This document shows, in pieces, positions 20,042 to 29,268 of a DNA stretch of 64,000 nt. The translations under genes and the position numbers were made by a program. This DNA is from Oscillospiraceae bacterium. GTDB lineage: Bacteria > Bacillota > Clostridia > Oscillospirales > CAG-272. Below the pieces are notes generated by a model that was not told the origin of the DNA, searched no databases, and saw only the letters and a list, made by a program, of their open reading frames with translations. Each line of letters begins with the position of its first letter. Within the stretch, counting starts at the first letter, position 1. The stretch spans positions 54,355 to 118,354 of the forward strand of contig SVTT01000003.1 of NCBI GenBank assembly GCA_015063625.1, in the 5' to 3' direction.

Positions 20042-21943
20042 TCATTTCTTTTGGCGCTTGGGCGTCCTTCTGCGACAGGAGAGAACAAGTGCGCCGAGAG
20101 GAGGCACTGTCAGCACGGCGGATTGCGCCTCGCCGTGCATGGGCACGTCCTCGGTGCGGATATCGCCCGGATTCTCGACACCCGTTCCGCCAAACTCGGG
20201 ACGGTCGGAATTAAAGACCTCTCTCCAGATACCCCGATAAGGAAGCCCCTGCCGGAAGCATTCCCTCTTTACGGGGGTGAAATTCAGGATCACCACCAGC
20301 TCCCGATCCGCGGCATCGCGACGCCGATAGGAGATCAGGCTCTGATCGCAGTTGTCGGCATCAAGCCAGGTAAAGCCCGCCCAGGAATCGTCACGCTGGT
20401 AAAGTGCGGGGCTTTCGAGGTAAAAGCGGTTCAGCGCCGCAGCGTAATGCTGCAGCTGCGCATGCTTCGGGTAGTCAAGCAGGAACCATTCGATCTCGTT
20501 TTCAAAATCCCATTCTCGGAACTGCCCGATCTCGCCTCCCATAAACATCAGCTTTTTGCCGGGATGCGTCATCATATAGGCAAGGAACACGCGGGCTCCT
20601 GCAAATTTGTCCTCGTATGTGCCCGGCATGCGATCGAGAAAGGACTTCTTTCCGTGCACCACCTCGTCGTGCGAGATGGGAAGCACGTAATGCTCGCCAA
20701 ACGCATAGGTGAGCGAAAAGGTGAGATTGCCGTGATTGAACTTGCGATAGATCGGGTCGGTCTGGGCGTAATGGAGCGTATCATTCATCCAGCCCATATT
20801 CCATTTCATTGAAAATCCGAGCCCGCCGTTGTCAAACGAGGTGAGGTTGCCCCACGCCGTCGACTCCTCGGCGATCATCAGCACGTCGGGGAACTTGCCC
20901 CGCATGTGACGATTGAGCTTCTGAAAGAATGCGATCGCCTCAAGTGAACGGTTGTCCCCAAAGACGTTGGGCACCCATTCGCCCGGCATACGGTCATAAT
21001 CCAGATAGAGCATGGATGCCACCGCATCGACACGAAGCCCGTCAACATGGTACTTTTCCGCCCAGAAGGCGGCGTTGGAAACGAGAAAGCACTGCACCTC
21101 CTCGCGCCCCACGTCGAAGCAGCGTGTGCCCCAGCCTCGGTGCTCCATGCGGTCACCGCCCTGATACTCGTAAAGGGGCTGTCCGTCAAATTCGTAAAGC
21201 CCGTGTGCATCCTTAGGGAAATGCGCGGGCACCCAGTCAAGGATGACGCCCACTCCCGCCTCGTGCATGATATCGATAAACCGCATGAAATCGTGCGGCG
21301 TGCCGAAGCGTGCGGTCGGCGCGTAATAGCCGCAGACCTGATAGCCCCAGGAGCCGTCAAAGGGATGCTCCATCACGGGCATCAGCTCCACATGCGTATA
21401 GCCCATCTGCTTGACGTAGGTGGCAAGCTCGGTCGCGATCTCCCCATAGGTAAGGTAGTCGCCGTTCTTTTTTCGCCTCCACGAGCCGAGGTGCACCTCG
21501 TAGATATTAATGGGACGGGACATGGCGGGCTTTTTTGCCTCCCGTCTGCGGTAGGAAAGATAGCTTGCGTCACGCCATTCATAGCCTTCAATATCAAAGT
21601 AGACCGAGGCGGTTTCGGGAGGGCACTCCATATAAGTACCGTAAGGGTCTGCCTTATATCGGTCGCCGTGCGGCGTGTGCAGCTTGAATTTGTAAATGCT
21701 TCCGTTTCCAAAGCGCTCCGACGACACCTCGCCCTCAAATACGCCGCCGTCACTGATACGCGTCATGGGGTCACTTTCAGACCAGTCGTTGAAATCTCCC
21801 ACCACGAATGCCGCTACGGCGTTGGGCGCCCAGACACGGAAGACAAAGCTCTCCCCTTTCTTGTGCACGCCGAGATATGCGTAGCTTTCATAGTTTGTGC
21901 CTTGGTGGAAATAGTAGGGAGCAAGCTCTCCCATTACTGACAT
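20042..21943 (-). CDS. glgB: 1,4-alpha-glucan branching enzyme
   Basis: FRVWAPNA, YEVHLGSW, DWVPAHF, RVDAVASM, AEEST, SHDEVVHGK. Start trimmed to MSVMG after AAAGGAGG. Confidence 0.95.
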   Translation of the reverse strand: MSVMGELAPYYFHQGTNYESYAYLGVHKKGESFVFRVWAPNAVAAFVVGDFNDWSESDPMTRISDGGVFEGEVSSERFGNGSIYKFKLHTPHGDRYKADPYGTYMECPPETASVYFDIEGYEWRDASYLSYRRREAKKPAMSRPINIYEVHLGSWRRKKNGDYLTYGEIATELATYVKQMGYTHVELMPVMEHPFDGSWGYQVCGYYAPTARFGTPHDFMRFIDIMHEAGVGVILDWVPAHFPKDAHGLYEFDGQPLYEYQGGDRMEHRGWGTRCFDVGREEVQCFLVSNAAFWAEKYHVDGLRVDAVASMLYLDYDRMPGEWVPNVFGDNRSLEAIAFFQKLNRHMRGKFPDVLMIAEESTAWGNLTSFDNGGLGFSMKWNMGWMNDTLHYAQTDPIYRKFNHGNLTFSLTYAFGEHYVLPISHDEVVHGKKSFLDRMPGTYEDKFAGARVFLAYMMTHPGKKLMFMGGEIGQFREWDFENEIEWFLLDYPKHAQLQHYAAALNRFYLESPALYQRDDSWAGFTWLDADNCDQSLISYRRRDAADRELVVILNFTPVKRECFRQGLPYRGIWREVFNSDRPEFGGTGVENPGDIRTEDVPMHGEAQSAVLTVPPLGALVLSCRRRTPKRQKK

Positions 21944-22037
21944 AAGACCCCTCCTTTGCGTGGTATTGACCGTCCGTGCGATCCGCACCCCTTTGATGCG
22001 GTCGGACTTTTTCTCTCTATTATAAGATCGTAAGTCT

Positions 22038-22066
22038 ATTATACAACAATGACGCGCAAATTTCAA
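22038..22066 (-). promoter_or_regulatory. Sigma-A promoter of the glg operon
   Basis: TTGAAA-17bp-TATAAT on the minus strand. Confidence 0.65.
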
Positions 22067-22406
22067 TGGGGGATGTTCATATTTTTTTAAATTTTTTTCT
22101 GTTTTTTTGTCACATTTTTGAAAATTGCGATATAACACCGGGGCCATGACCCGCGATTTTCCCTCTCCCCCATCGCATTCTAAACAATAATAATGAAGAA
22201 AGCTCTGCGCGTCGGAACACAAAGCCAACTGTAGCCTGCACGTTTTTGCACTCGTTGAAAAACCTCAAAAAGCGCCTTTTTTCACACCGTTTAAGGGGAT
22301 TTTTCAAATCCACGGGGGGACGGCGCATCGCCTGCACGCCGCAGAATTTCGCGCAAGGCAGACACTCGCCCTGCTTTTCGAACTGTTTTTTGGCGATCTT
22401 CGGCTA

Positions 22407-22435
22407 TTGACAGAGCTTTATATTTCTGTTATAAT
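22407..22435 (+). promoter_or_regulatory. Consensus sigma-A promoter of holB-ricT
   Basis: TTGACA-17bp-TATAAT with extended TG. Confidence 0.8.
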
Positions 22436-22470
22436 ATCATTTCGAAGATATAGAAGAGGGGGAGATGGCG

Positions 22471-23535
22471 ATGACACGGTTTTTTCCCATGCTGACGGGC
22501 AACGAGGCACTCCGTACGCGTATCGGTGCGGATATCGCCTCCGAAAGCTTCTCCCATGCCTATATTCTGGAGGGTCCCTCGGGCAGCGGAAAGCACACGC
22601 TTGCACACGCCATCGCCATGGCAGCAGCGTGCCGTGACCGAAGCCTTCCCGATACGACTCTGCCCTGCCTTTCCTGTCCCACCTGTAAAAAGATCGCCGA
22701 GGGCTATTGCCCCGATGTCATCCTCATCTCCCGTCCCGAGGGAAGAGCGACCATGGGTGTGGACACGGTGCGAAGCATCAGGGAGAGCATCTCTCTTGTT
22801 CCCAACGATCTTGATCTGAAGGTCTATATCATCGAGGATGCACATACCATGACCGTACAGGCGCAAAACGCGCTTCTGCTCACCCTGGAGGAGCCACCCC
22901 CCTTTGTTCTGTTTTTGCTTCTCGCCGAGGATGCGGGCGCTCTGCTTGAAACCGTGCGGTCACGTGCCCCTGTGCTCCGAATGCAGCCCATCGACAGGGA
23001 TACCCTGCACCACTATCTGACCGAGCAAGCACCTCCCGCGATGCGGGGGGCGGCTGCCGCGCTGCTGCGCGACAGCGCAGAGGAATTTGCCGCCCTGCTT
23101 ACGCTCTCGGACGGCAGGATCGGCAGGGCGCTCTCGTTGCTTGACCCCAAAAAGCGCGCACCGCTGATGGAGCGTCGCAGGATCGCCGAAGCGGTGGTCG
23201 AGCGACTTTCCGTACGGGGAGGCTATGACGAGCTGCTGCTGACCATGCTCTCTCTCACACAAAGCCGTGAGGAGCTGAGCGCCCAGCTTACCGTGCTGAC
23301 AAGTGCGCTCTCGGATCTCGTGCTGCTGACCAAAAGCGAGGGGGCACCCCTTTCCTTCTTCACCGACCGTGAACGCGCCGCCGAGCTTTCGGCAAGCTTT
23401 ACCACAGCAAGACTGCTCCGCGCCATCACCGCACTGAACGAGGCAGGCGAAGCGCTTCTTGCCAACGCAAACGTCAAATTGACACTGACCCGCCTGATCG
23501 AACGTCTGATCGCGCGGTCATCAAAAATGGAGTAA
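22471..23535 (+). CDS. holB: DNA polymerase III delta' subunit
   Basis: HAYILEGPSGSGK, Zn motif PCLSCPTC, AQNALLLTLEEPP, ETVRSR. Confidence 0.9.
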   Translation: MTRFFPMLTGNEALRTRIGADIASESFSHAYILEGPSGSGKHTLAHAIAMAAACRDRSLPDTTLPCLSCPTCKKIAEGYCPDVILISRPEGRATMGVDTVRSIRESISLVPNDLDLKVYIIEDAHTMTVQAQNALLLTLEEPPPFVLFLLLAEDAGALLETVRSRAPVLRMQPIDRDTLHHYLTEQAPPAMRGAAAALLRDSAEEFAALLTLSDGRIGRALSLLDPKKRAPLMERRRIAEAVVERLSVRGGYDELLLTMLSLTQSREELSAQLTVLTSALSDLVLLTKSEGAPLSFFTDRERAAELSASFTTARLLRAITALNEAGEALLANANVKLTLTRLIERLIARSSKME

Positions 23536-23537
23536 AC

Positions 23538-25208
23538 ATGGAAGAAAAAAAGAAAAAATTCTCGCAAAAAAAGGATCACGAGGCAGGTGACGCCAGAGGA
23601 CGCATCTCGGTGCGTCCCGGCAATTTTGCACCGCCCGCCGCACCAAGGGGCATGGGAAGCTCTTCCGGTGCCGAGAGGGCAGCTGCGCCCCAGGGCAAGG
23701 AAAACACCCCCCGTTCCGTGAAATCTGCCGCGCCCCAGGGTGAGCCGCGCCGCGAGGGACAGAACGAGCACCGCGGAGGTCGCCACCATCACCGCGGCGG
23801 CAGGGGGCGCCACCATCAGAACGCAGATCGCCAGAATCAACCTCCGCGCGCCGAAAAGGAAGCGCAGGGAGAGCTGAGCGCCTCCAAGGTCGCCGAGGCA
23901 CGCACACAGCAAAAAAGCAATCCCAACAACGCCCCCCGTCGGGATCACCGCGACAAAAACGAGCGCCGCAACGGCAAAAATGAGCAACGCGCGGGCAGTG
24001 CATCCCGTACAGAGCCGCACCGCGAGCGCCGACAGGAAAACGAGCGCCGTCAAAAGAAGGGAGAGCCCACTGCGGAGGTCAAGACCCCCTCCACCGATCT
24101 GCTTGACAGCTCCCTGTTTCGCGACGACACCTTTGAGGGAGGGCTGTTCTCCTCTCTTTCCACCTCGCGAAAAACGCAGGAAAAGGCGCCCGAAAGCGCT
24201 GTGGACACCGCGGAATTTGAGGTCGACATTGCCACAGCCGCCTATCTGGTAGAGGATATCCCCTGCGGCTTCCCCACGCCCGACGGCAAGGCGGTCGAGG
24301 TCATCGGCGTGCGCTTCCGTCATGCGGGCAAGGTCTATTTCTTTGCCCCCGGCAACGAGCGCTTCCGCATCGGCGAGGCAGCCATCGTGGATACCGCAAG
24401 AGGTCCTGAGCTCGGCGAGGTCGTCATGCTCAACCGCAAGGTTGCCGAGCGACAGATCATTCAGCCGCTGCGCCCCGTGCTTCGCCGTGCGACCAAGGAG
24501 GATCTCGCGCACTATGAGGAAAATCAAAAAAAGGAGCAGGAGGCACTCCTGATCTGCTCCGAAAAGATCGCCCGCCACGAGCTTGATATGCACCTGGTCG
24601 ATGCGCAGTACTCCTTCGACAATTCCAAGCTCCTCTTCTATTTCACCTCGGAGGGTCGCGTGGACTTCCGCGAGCTTGTACGCGACCTTGCGGGCGTTTT
24701 CCGTACCCGCATCGAGCTGCGCCAGATCGGCATCCGCGATGAATCAAGGCTCATCGGCGGTCTTGGCATGTGCGGCAGACCCTTTTGCTGCACCACCTTC
24801 CTCTCGGATTTCGGTCAGGTTTCGGTCAAAATGGCAAAGGAGCAGGGGCTTTCGATCAACACCTCCAAGATCTCGGGCTGCTGCGGCAGACTGATGTGTT
24901 GCCTGCGTTACGAGCACGAGGCCTACGCCGCCGAAAGCGCTCTGACCCCCCGCAAGGATGCGCGCGTCAGCACCCCCGACGGCATGGGCACTGTGGTGGA
25001 TTCCTCCCCTCTTGCCGGCACCGTCAAGGTCCGTCTTGACAGTGCGCCGGAGGAAGCACCCGTCACCTATCACCGTGACCGCGTGACCGTGGAAAGCCGC
25101 AAAAAGGAGGCTGCTCCCGCCGCGCAGAGCACAAGGAGCAGTGACGACAGCAAGTCTTCCGATATGGGCGTCACATCCAACGCAGAGCACGCGGAAGAGA
25201 ACGGCTGA
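23538..25208 (+). CDS. ricT: RicT/YaaT (PSP1 domain) protein with a long N-terminal extension
   Basis: VIGVRF, RVDFRELV, RIELRQIG, GMCGRPFCC, ISGCCGRLMCCL; sits after holB. Confidence 0.9.
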   Translation: MEEKKKKFSQKKDHEAGDARGRISVRPGNFAPPAAPRGMGSSSGAERAAAPQGKENTPRSVKSAAPQGEPRREGQNEHRGGRHHHRGGRGRHHQNADRQNQPPRAEKEAQGELSASKVAEARTQQKSNPNNAPRRDHRDKNERRNGKNEQRAGSASRTEPHRERRQENERRQKKGEPTAEVKTPSTDLLDSSLFRDDTFEGGLFSSLSTSRKTQEKAPESAVDTAEFEVDIATAAYLVEDIPCGFPTPDGKAVEVIGVRFRHAGKVYFFAPGNERFRIGEAAIVDTARGPELGEVVMLNRKVAERQIIQPLRPVLRRATKEDLAHYEENQKKEQEALLICSEKIARHELDMHLVDAQYSFDNSKLLFYFTSEGRVDFRELVRDLAGVFRTRIELRQIGIRDESRLIGGLGMCGRPFCCTTFLSDFGQVSVKMAKEQGLSINTSKISGCCGRLMCCLRYEHEAYAAESALTPRKDARVSTPDGMGTVVDSSPLAGTVKVRLDSAPEEAPVTYHRDRVTVESRKKEAAPAAQSTRSSDDSKSSDMGVTSNAEHAEENG

Positions 25209-25248
25209 TATCCCAAAAATATTTTTCGACTTTTTTCTCAAAAGGTAT

Positions 25249-25276
25249 TTGCTTTTTGATAAAAATGTGCTACAAT
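25249..25276 (+). promoter_or_regulatory. Promoter of the ferredoxin gene
   Basis: TTGCTT-16bp-TACAAT with extended TG. Confidence 0.5.
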
Positions 25277-25307
25277 GAAATCACTAATCTGAATGGAGGT
25301 ATGAATC

Positions 25308-25478
25308 ATGGCTTACAAAATTACCGATGCATGCGTTTCCTGCGGTGCCTGTGTTGACGAATGTCCCGTTTCCGCCATCAAGGAAGGCGCTGAGAAGTAT
25401 GAGATCGATGCAGATCTGTGCGTCGAGTGCGGCGCTTGCGAGGGTGCTTGCCCCGTTGGTGCTCCTCAGGCAGAGTAA
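25308..25478 (+). CDS. fdx: Clostridial 2[4Fe-4S] ferredoxin (56 aa)
   Basis: Below the ORF-track cutoff. [24 protein letters not shown]...[19 protein letters not shown]; RBS GGAGGT. Confidence 0.95.
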   Translation: MAYKITDACVSCGACVDECPVSAIKEGAEKYEIDADLCVECGACEGACPVGAPQAE

Positions 25479-25520
25479 TTGACATATCTGCCGAAAAGCC
25501 GATCTGTCGGCTCTTCGAAG

Positions 25521-25559
25521 AAAGCGGCACGAGGGGTGACCCGTTTCGTGCCGCTTTTT
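25521..25559 (+). terminator. Intrinsic terminator after the ferredoxin
   Basis: AAAGCGGCACGA...TCGTGCCGCTTTTT. Confidence 0.75.
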
Positions 25560-25584
25560 CCATTGAGAGAAAGGAGAATCTTTC

Positions 25585-26355
25585 GTGTGTAAAGGGGATC
25601 GCCCGCCGCTGCGGGAGGACGAGCAGCTCGTTGAGGTCAACGAGCACCTGCGTCTGATTGAAAAAAAGAACGGTCTGCGCTTTGGGACAGACGCCTTCTT
25701 GCTCTCCGCCTTTTGCCGCACGAGGAGCAGTGCCCGTGCGGTCGAGCTGGGGACAGGCTCGGGCATCGTATCCCTCCTGCTTGCCGCACGCCGAAAGTAC
25801 GCCCACGTCACCGCCGTGGAGGTGCAGGCAGAGCTTGCCGCACTTGCCGCGAGGAATGTCGACCTGAACGGCTTTTCAAGGACCGTTTCGGTGCTTTCTC
25901 TTGATGTGCGCGAGCTTTCGTCGCGCACGCTGGGCGGCGAGGTCGAGGCAGTGCTTTCCAATCCACCCTATATGAAGGAGGACAGCGGCTATGCCTCTCC
26001 CCACGACGTCAAGCAGGCGGCACGGCATGAGCAGCACGGTGATATCCGCGATTTTGCCGCCGCTGCGGCAAGATGCCTGAAATACGGCGGCGTTTTTTAC
26101 ACTGTTTACCGCCCGGACCGCTTGGATTCGCTGTTTACCGCCCTACGGGGCGCGAATTTTGCGTGCAAGCGCATGCTTTTCGTACACGACAGCCCCGATA
26201 AGGCACCCTCTATGGTGCTGACCGAGGCAAAGCTCGGTGCCGCCGAGGGGCTGACGGTGCTTCCGCCGCTTTTCCTGCACGACACACCAAACAGGGGTCT
26301 TCCCCGTCCTCTTTCGGCGCGCGCCGAGGAGGTCTATCGCACGGGAGAATGCTGA
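25585..26355 (+). CDS. tRNA1(Val) adenine-N6 methyltransferase (YabB-like)
   Basis: FGTDAFLL, ELGTGSG, NPPY, ARHE. Confidence 0.88.
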   Translation: MCKGDRPPLREDEQLVEVNEHLRLIEKKNGLRFGTDAFLLSAFCRTRSSARAVELGTGSGIVSLLLAARRKYAHVTAVEVQAELAALAARNVDLNGFSRTVSVLSLDVRELSSRTLGGEVEAVLSNPPYMKEDSGYASPHDVKQAARHEQHGDIRDFAAAAARCLKYGGVFYTVYRPDRLDSLFTALRGANFACKRMLFVHDSPDKAPSMVLTEAKLGAAEGLTVLPPLFLHDTPNRGLPRPLSARAEEVYRTGEC

Positions 26356-26424
26356 GCGCTTCGCGCAGCGCCACAGAGCAAGGCAAGCCCTGCGGCTTTC
26401 CGCGATCTCGGTCGGTCAAGGACA

Positions 26425-26991
26425 TCAACCAAGCCCCGTATAGGCAACGATCCCCTCGTAGATCCCGCGCGCGAAAAGCTCGGGACTCTCGTTCATCAGG
26501 CGGGCATCGCGCGCGTTGGTGATAAAGCCAAGTTCCAGCAGTATGGCGGGCATGTCGGTACGCTTCAGCACGTAAAGCGACGGACGGGCAAACACACCCC
26601 GTCGCGGCAGTCCCGTCGCAGCCTGCAGGGCATTTAAAATGCTCTCCGCGAGCGCCGCGGCAGTGCCGCCAAGCGCATATACGAACGCCTCACTCCCGGT
26701 TGCCGCAGAAAGCTCGGATGCATTGGTGTGCAGGCTGATAAAATAGTCTGCACCCCAGTTGTTTGCCTGCTCGGTACGGGCACGCAGGCTGGTCGTATTG
26801 GACGTGCCCAGCTGCGTTTCGGGCGTCGGACGGGAGAGCAGCACCTCATAATTTCCGCTTTGCCGAAGCAGTGCCGCGGTTTCCTGCCCGATACGGTATA
26901 CGATATTTTGCTCTCGAAGCCCATTTCCCTCCGCGCCTGCGTTGGGATTCACGGGATTATGTCCCTGATCGATATAGATCCTGATTGCCAA
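26425..26991 (-). CDS. N-acetylmuramoyl-L-alanine amidase (Amidase_3, catalytic domain only)
   Basis: IYIDQGH, SLRAR, FISLHTNA, LYVL, LLELGFITN. TTG start after AAAGGAGG; no signal peptide or binding domain. Confidence 0.88.
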   Translation of the reverse strand: MAIRIYIDQGHNPVNPNAGAEGNGLREQNIVYRIGQETAALLRQSGNYEVLLSRPTPETQLGTSNTTSLRARTEQANNWGADYFISLHTNASELSAATGSEAFVYALGGTAAALAESILNALQAATGLPRRGVFARPSLYVLKRTDMPAILLELGFITNARDARLMNESPELFARGIYEGIVAYTGLG

Positions 26992-27073
26992 GCGGATGCC
27001 TCCTTTACCGTTTCTATCCCTCATTCTATGCACCGTCACCTCAAAAAGTCACGACCCGAGAAAGGACCACGCC

Positions 27074-27946
27074 ATGTCAAGTGAAGAGAAAAATCGCATC
27101 AACGGCAAAACCCTCTATCTGGTGTCCACCCCCATCGGAAATCTTGCCGATCTCTCGGAGCGCGCGAGGAAAACGCTTTCCGAGGTGGATTTCATTGCCG
27201 CCGAGGACACGCGCAATACCGCCAAGCTCCTGATGGCATTCGGCATTTCCCGACCGCTGGTTTCCTATCACGAGCATAACAAGCGCGAGCGCGGCAGCGT
27301 GATCGTGGAGCGTCTGCTTGCAGGGGAGTCCTGTGCCCTCGTCACCGATGCAGGCACGCCTGCCATCAGTGATCCCGGCGAGGATCTGGTCCGCCTTGCC
27401 GCCGAGGCAGGCATCACGGTGACCGCCGTTCCGGGTGCCGTGGCGGGCATCGTCGCGCTCACGCTCTCGGGGCTTGCCACCGCCCGTTTCAGCTTTGAGG
27501 GCTTCCTGCCCCGTGACAAGGGCGAGCGCCGCGAGCGACTTCTGGAGCTTTCGCGTGAAACGCGGACCATGCTTGTACACGAGGCACCTCACCGCCTGCG
27601 CGCCACGCTCTCCGAGCTTTCGGATGTGCTCGGCGAGGAACGCGCGATCGCCGTGTGCCGCGAGCTGACCAAGCGCAACGAGGAGATCCTGCGCACCACG
27701 CTCTCGGGCGCCGTTGAGCACTATCGCACCGCCGAGCCGCGCGGAGAATACGTGCTGGTGATCGCAGGGAGCGAGAGAGGGCACACCGACACGCAAGAAA
27801 ACAGTCTTGCAAGCACGCTCTCCCCTGCCGAGCATGTCGCATACTATGAAAAGCAGGGGCTTGCTCGCATGGATGCCATCAAGGCGGCAGCCAAGGATCG
27901 CGGCATCCCCAAAAACGAGCTTTACCGCACGTTGCACCGCAGCTGA
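27074..27946 (+). CDS. rsmI: 16S rRNA C1402 2'-O-methyltransferase
   Basis: LYLVSTPIGNL, AAEDTR, DAGTPAISDPG, RELTK, PRGEYVL. Confidence 0.95.
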   Translation: MSSEEKNRINGKTLYLVSTPIGNLADLSERARKTLSEVDFIAAEDTRNTAKLLMAFGISRPLVSYHEHNKRERGSVIVERLLAGESCALVTDAGTPAISDPGEDLVRLAAEAGITVTAVPGAVAGIVALTLSGLATARFSFEGFLPRDKGERRERLLELSRETRTMLVHEAPHRLRATLSELSDVLGEERAIAVCRELTKRNEEILRTTLSGAVEHYRTAEPRGEYVLVIAGSERGHTDTQENSLASTLSPAEHVAYYEKQGLARMDAIKAAAKDRGIPKNELYRTLHRS

Positions 27947-27988
27947 CAGACGGTGGATCGCACAAAAGAGAATATTTTGTGAATCCCC

Positions 27989-28017
27989 TTGATTTTTCGG
28001 TCGGCTTGTGCTACAAT
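27989..28017 (+). promoter_or_regulatory. Sigma-A promoter of asd
   Basis: TTGATT-17bp-TACAAT with extended TG. Confidence 0.55.
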
Positions 28018-28062
28018 GCTGTTATTATTTTGATACTATTTACCGCAAAAGGAGATTCCCCC

Positions 28063-29139
28063 ATGGCAAAACGGACAGTCGGCGTGATCGGCGCCACCGG
28101 CATGGTCGGTCAGCGTTTTCTGACCCTGCTTGACAACCACCCTTATTTTGAAGTGACGGCTCTTGCCGCCTCCGCACGCTCGGCGGGCAAGACCTACCGT
28201 GAGGCAGTGGGCGACCGCTGGAAGATGAAAACACCGATGCCAGAGGCATATGCCGACATGAAGGTGATCGACGCCGCAAACATCGAGGAGATGAAGCAGC
28301 GCTGCAATTTCGTCTTTTGCGCCGTCGATATGAAAAAGGAGGACATCCGCGCGCTGGAGGAGGCTTATGCCAAGGCGGAGATCCCCGTGGTTTCCAACAA
28401 CTCGGCACACCGCTGGACGCCCGACGTCCCGATGGTGATCCCCGAGATCAACGACGCCCACCTTGCCGTGATCGAGGCACAGCGCAAGCGCCTCGGCACC
28501 AAGCGTGGCTTTATCGCCGTCAAGCCCAATTGCTCGATCCAGTCCTACGTGCCTGCTCTGACAGCACTGCTGGAGTTTGAGCCCTACGAGATCGTGGCAA
28601 CCACGTATCAAGCCATCTCCGGCGCGGGAAAGACCTTCCGCGAGTGGCCCGAGATGATCGACAACGTCATTCCCTACATCGGCGGCGAGGAGGAGAAGAG
28701 CGAGCAGGAGCCTCTGCGCGTCTGGGGCAAGGTGGAAAAGGGCGAGATCGTCAAGGCGGCGGCACCCGTTATCACCACCCAGTGCATCCGTGTGCCTGTC
28801 AGCGACGGTCACACGGCTGCCGTGTTTGTCAAATTCCGCAAAAAGCCCACCAAGGAGCAGATCCTTGCCGCATGGAAGAGCTTCTCGGGAAAGCCCCAAT
28901 CGCTGGGTCTGCCTCACGCTCCCGAGCAGTTCATCACCTACTTCGAGGAGGATAACCGCCCTCAGGCAGCGCTTGACCGCGATCTTTACGGCGGTATGGG
29001 CGTTTCGGTCGGCAGACTGCGCGAGGACACGGTCTACGACTGGAAGTTCGTAGGTCTTTCTCATAACACCCTGCGCGGCGCGGCGGGCGGCGCTGTGCTG
29101 ATCGCAGAGCTTTTGCACCGCGAGGGCTACTTCGACTGA
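28063..29139 (+). CDS. asd: Aspartate-semialdehyde dehydrogenase
   Basis: GATGMVGQRF, KPNCS, QAISGAG, RVPVSDGH, HNTLRGAAG. Confidence 0.95.
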   Translation: MAKRTVGVIGATGMVGQRFLTLLDNHPYFEVTALAASARSAGKTYREAVGDRWKMKTPMPEAYADMKVIDAANIEEMKQRCNFVFCAVDMKKEDIRALEEAYAKAEIPVVSNNSAHRWTPDVPMVIPEINDAHLAVIEAQRKRLGTKRGFIAVKPNCSIQSYVPALTALLEFEPYEIVATTYQAISGAGKTFREWPEMIDNVIPYIGGEEEKSEQEPLRVWGKVEKGEIVKAAAPVITTQCIRVPVSDGHTAAVFVKFRKKPTKEQILAAWKSFSGKPQSLGLPHAPEQFITYFEEDNRPQAALDRDLYGGMGVSVGRLREDTVYDWKFVGLSHNTLRGAAGGAVLIAELLHREGYFD

Positions 29140-29220
29140 GCACACCGACCCGACACCGCAAAAAGGAGGCTGTCGCATTTCGGCAAAACTGTCTGCGATC
29201 TGCCCGCTCCTTGGCATAGC

Positions 29221-29265
29221 AAAGGGGCTGCCTCAAATGCATGTGCATTTGAGGCAGCCCCTTTT
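29221..29265. terminator. Bidirectional intrinsic terminator
   Basis: AAAGGGGCTGCCTCAAATGCA-tg-TGCATTTGAGGCAGCCCCTTTT, a long perfect inverted repeat between asd and the infB operon. Confidence 0.85.
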
Positions 29266-29268
29266 CCT

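Noticed and set aside
13674-20240. Very long plus-strand ORFs (833 aa, 848 aa) opposite the glg genes
   Set aside because: Antisense shadow frames typical of GC-rich, codon-biased genes; no motifs or RBS.
22070-22400. 330-bp gap between the glgB and holB promoters as a possible sRNA or small ORF
   Set aside because: No ORF with an RBS, stable structure or repeat that I could support.
25284-25961. 225-aa minus-strand ORF
   Set aside because: Antisense to the ferredoxin and yabB, both of which have clear motifs.
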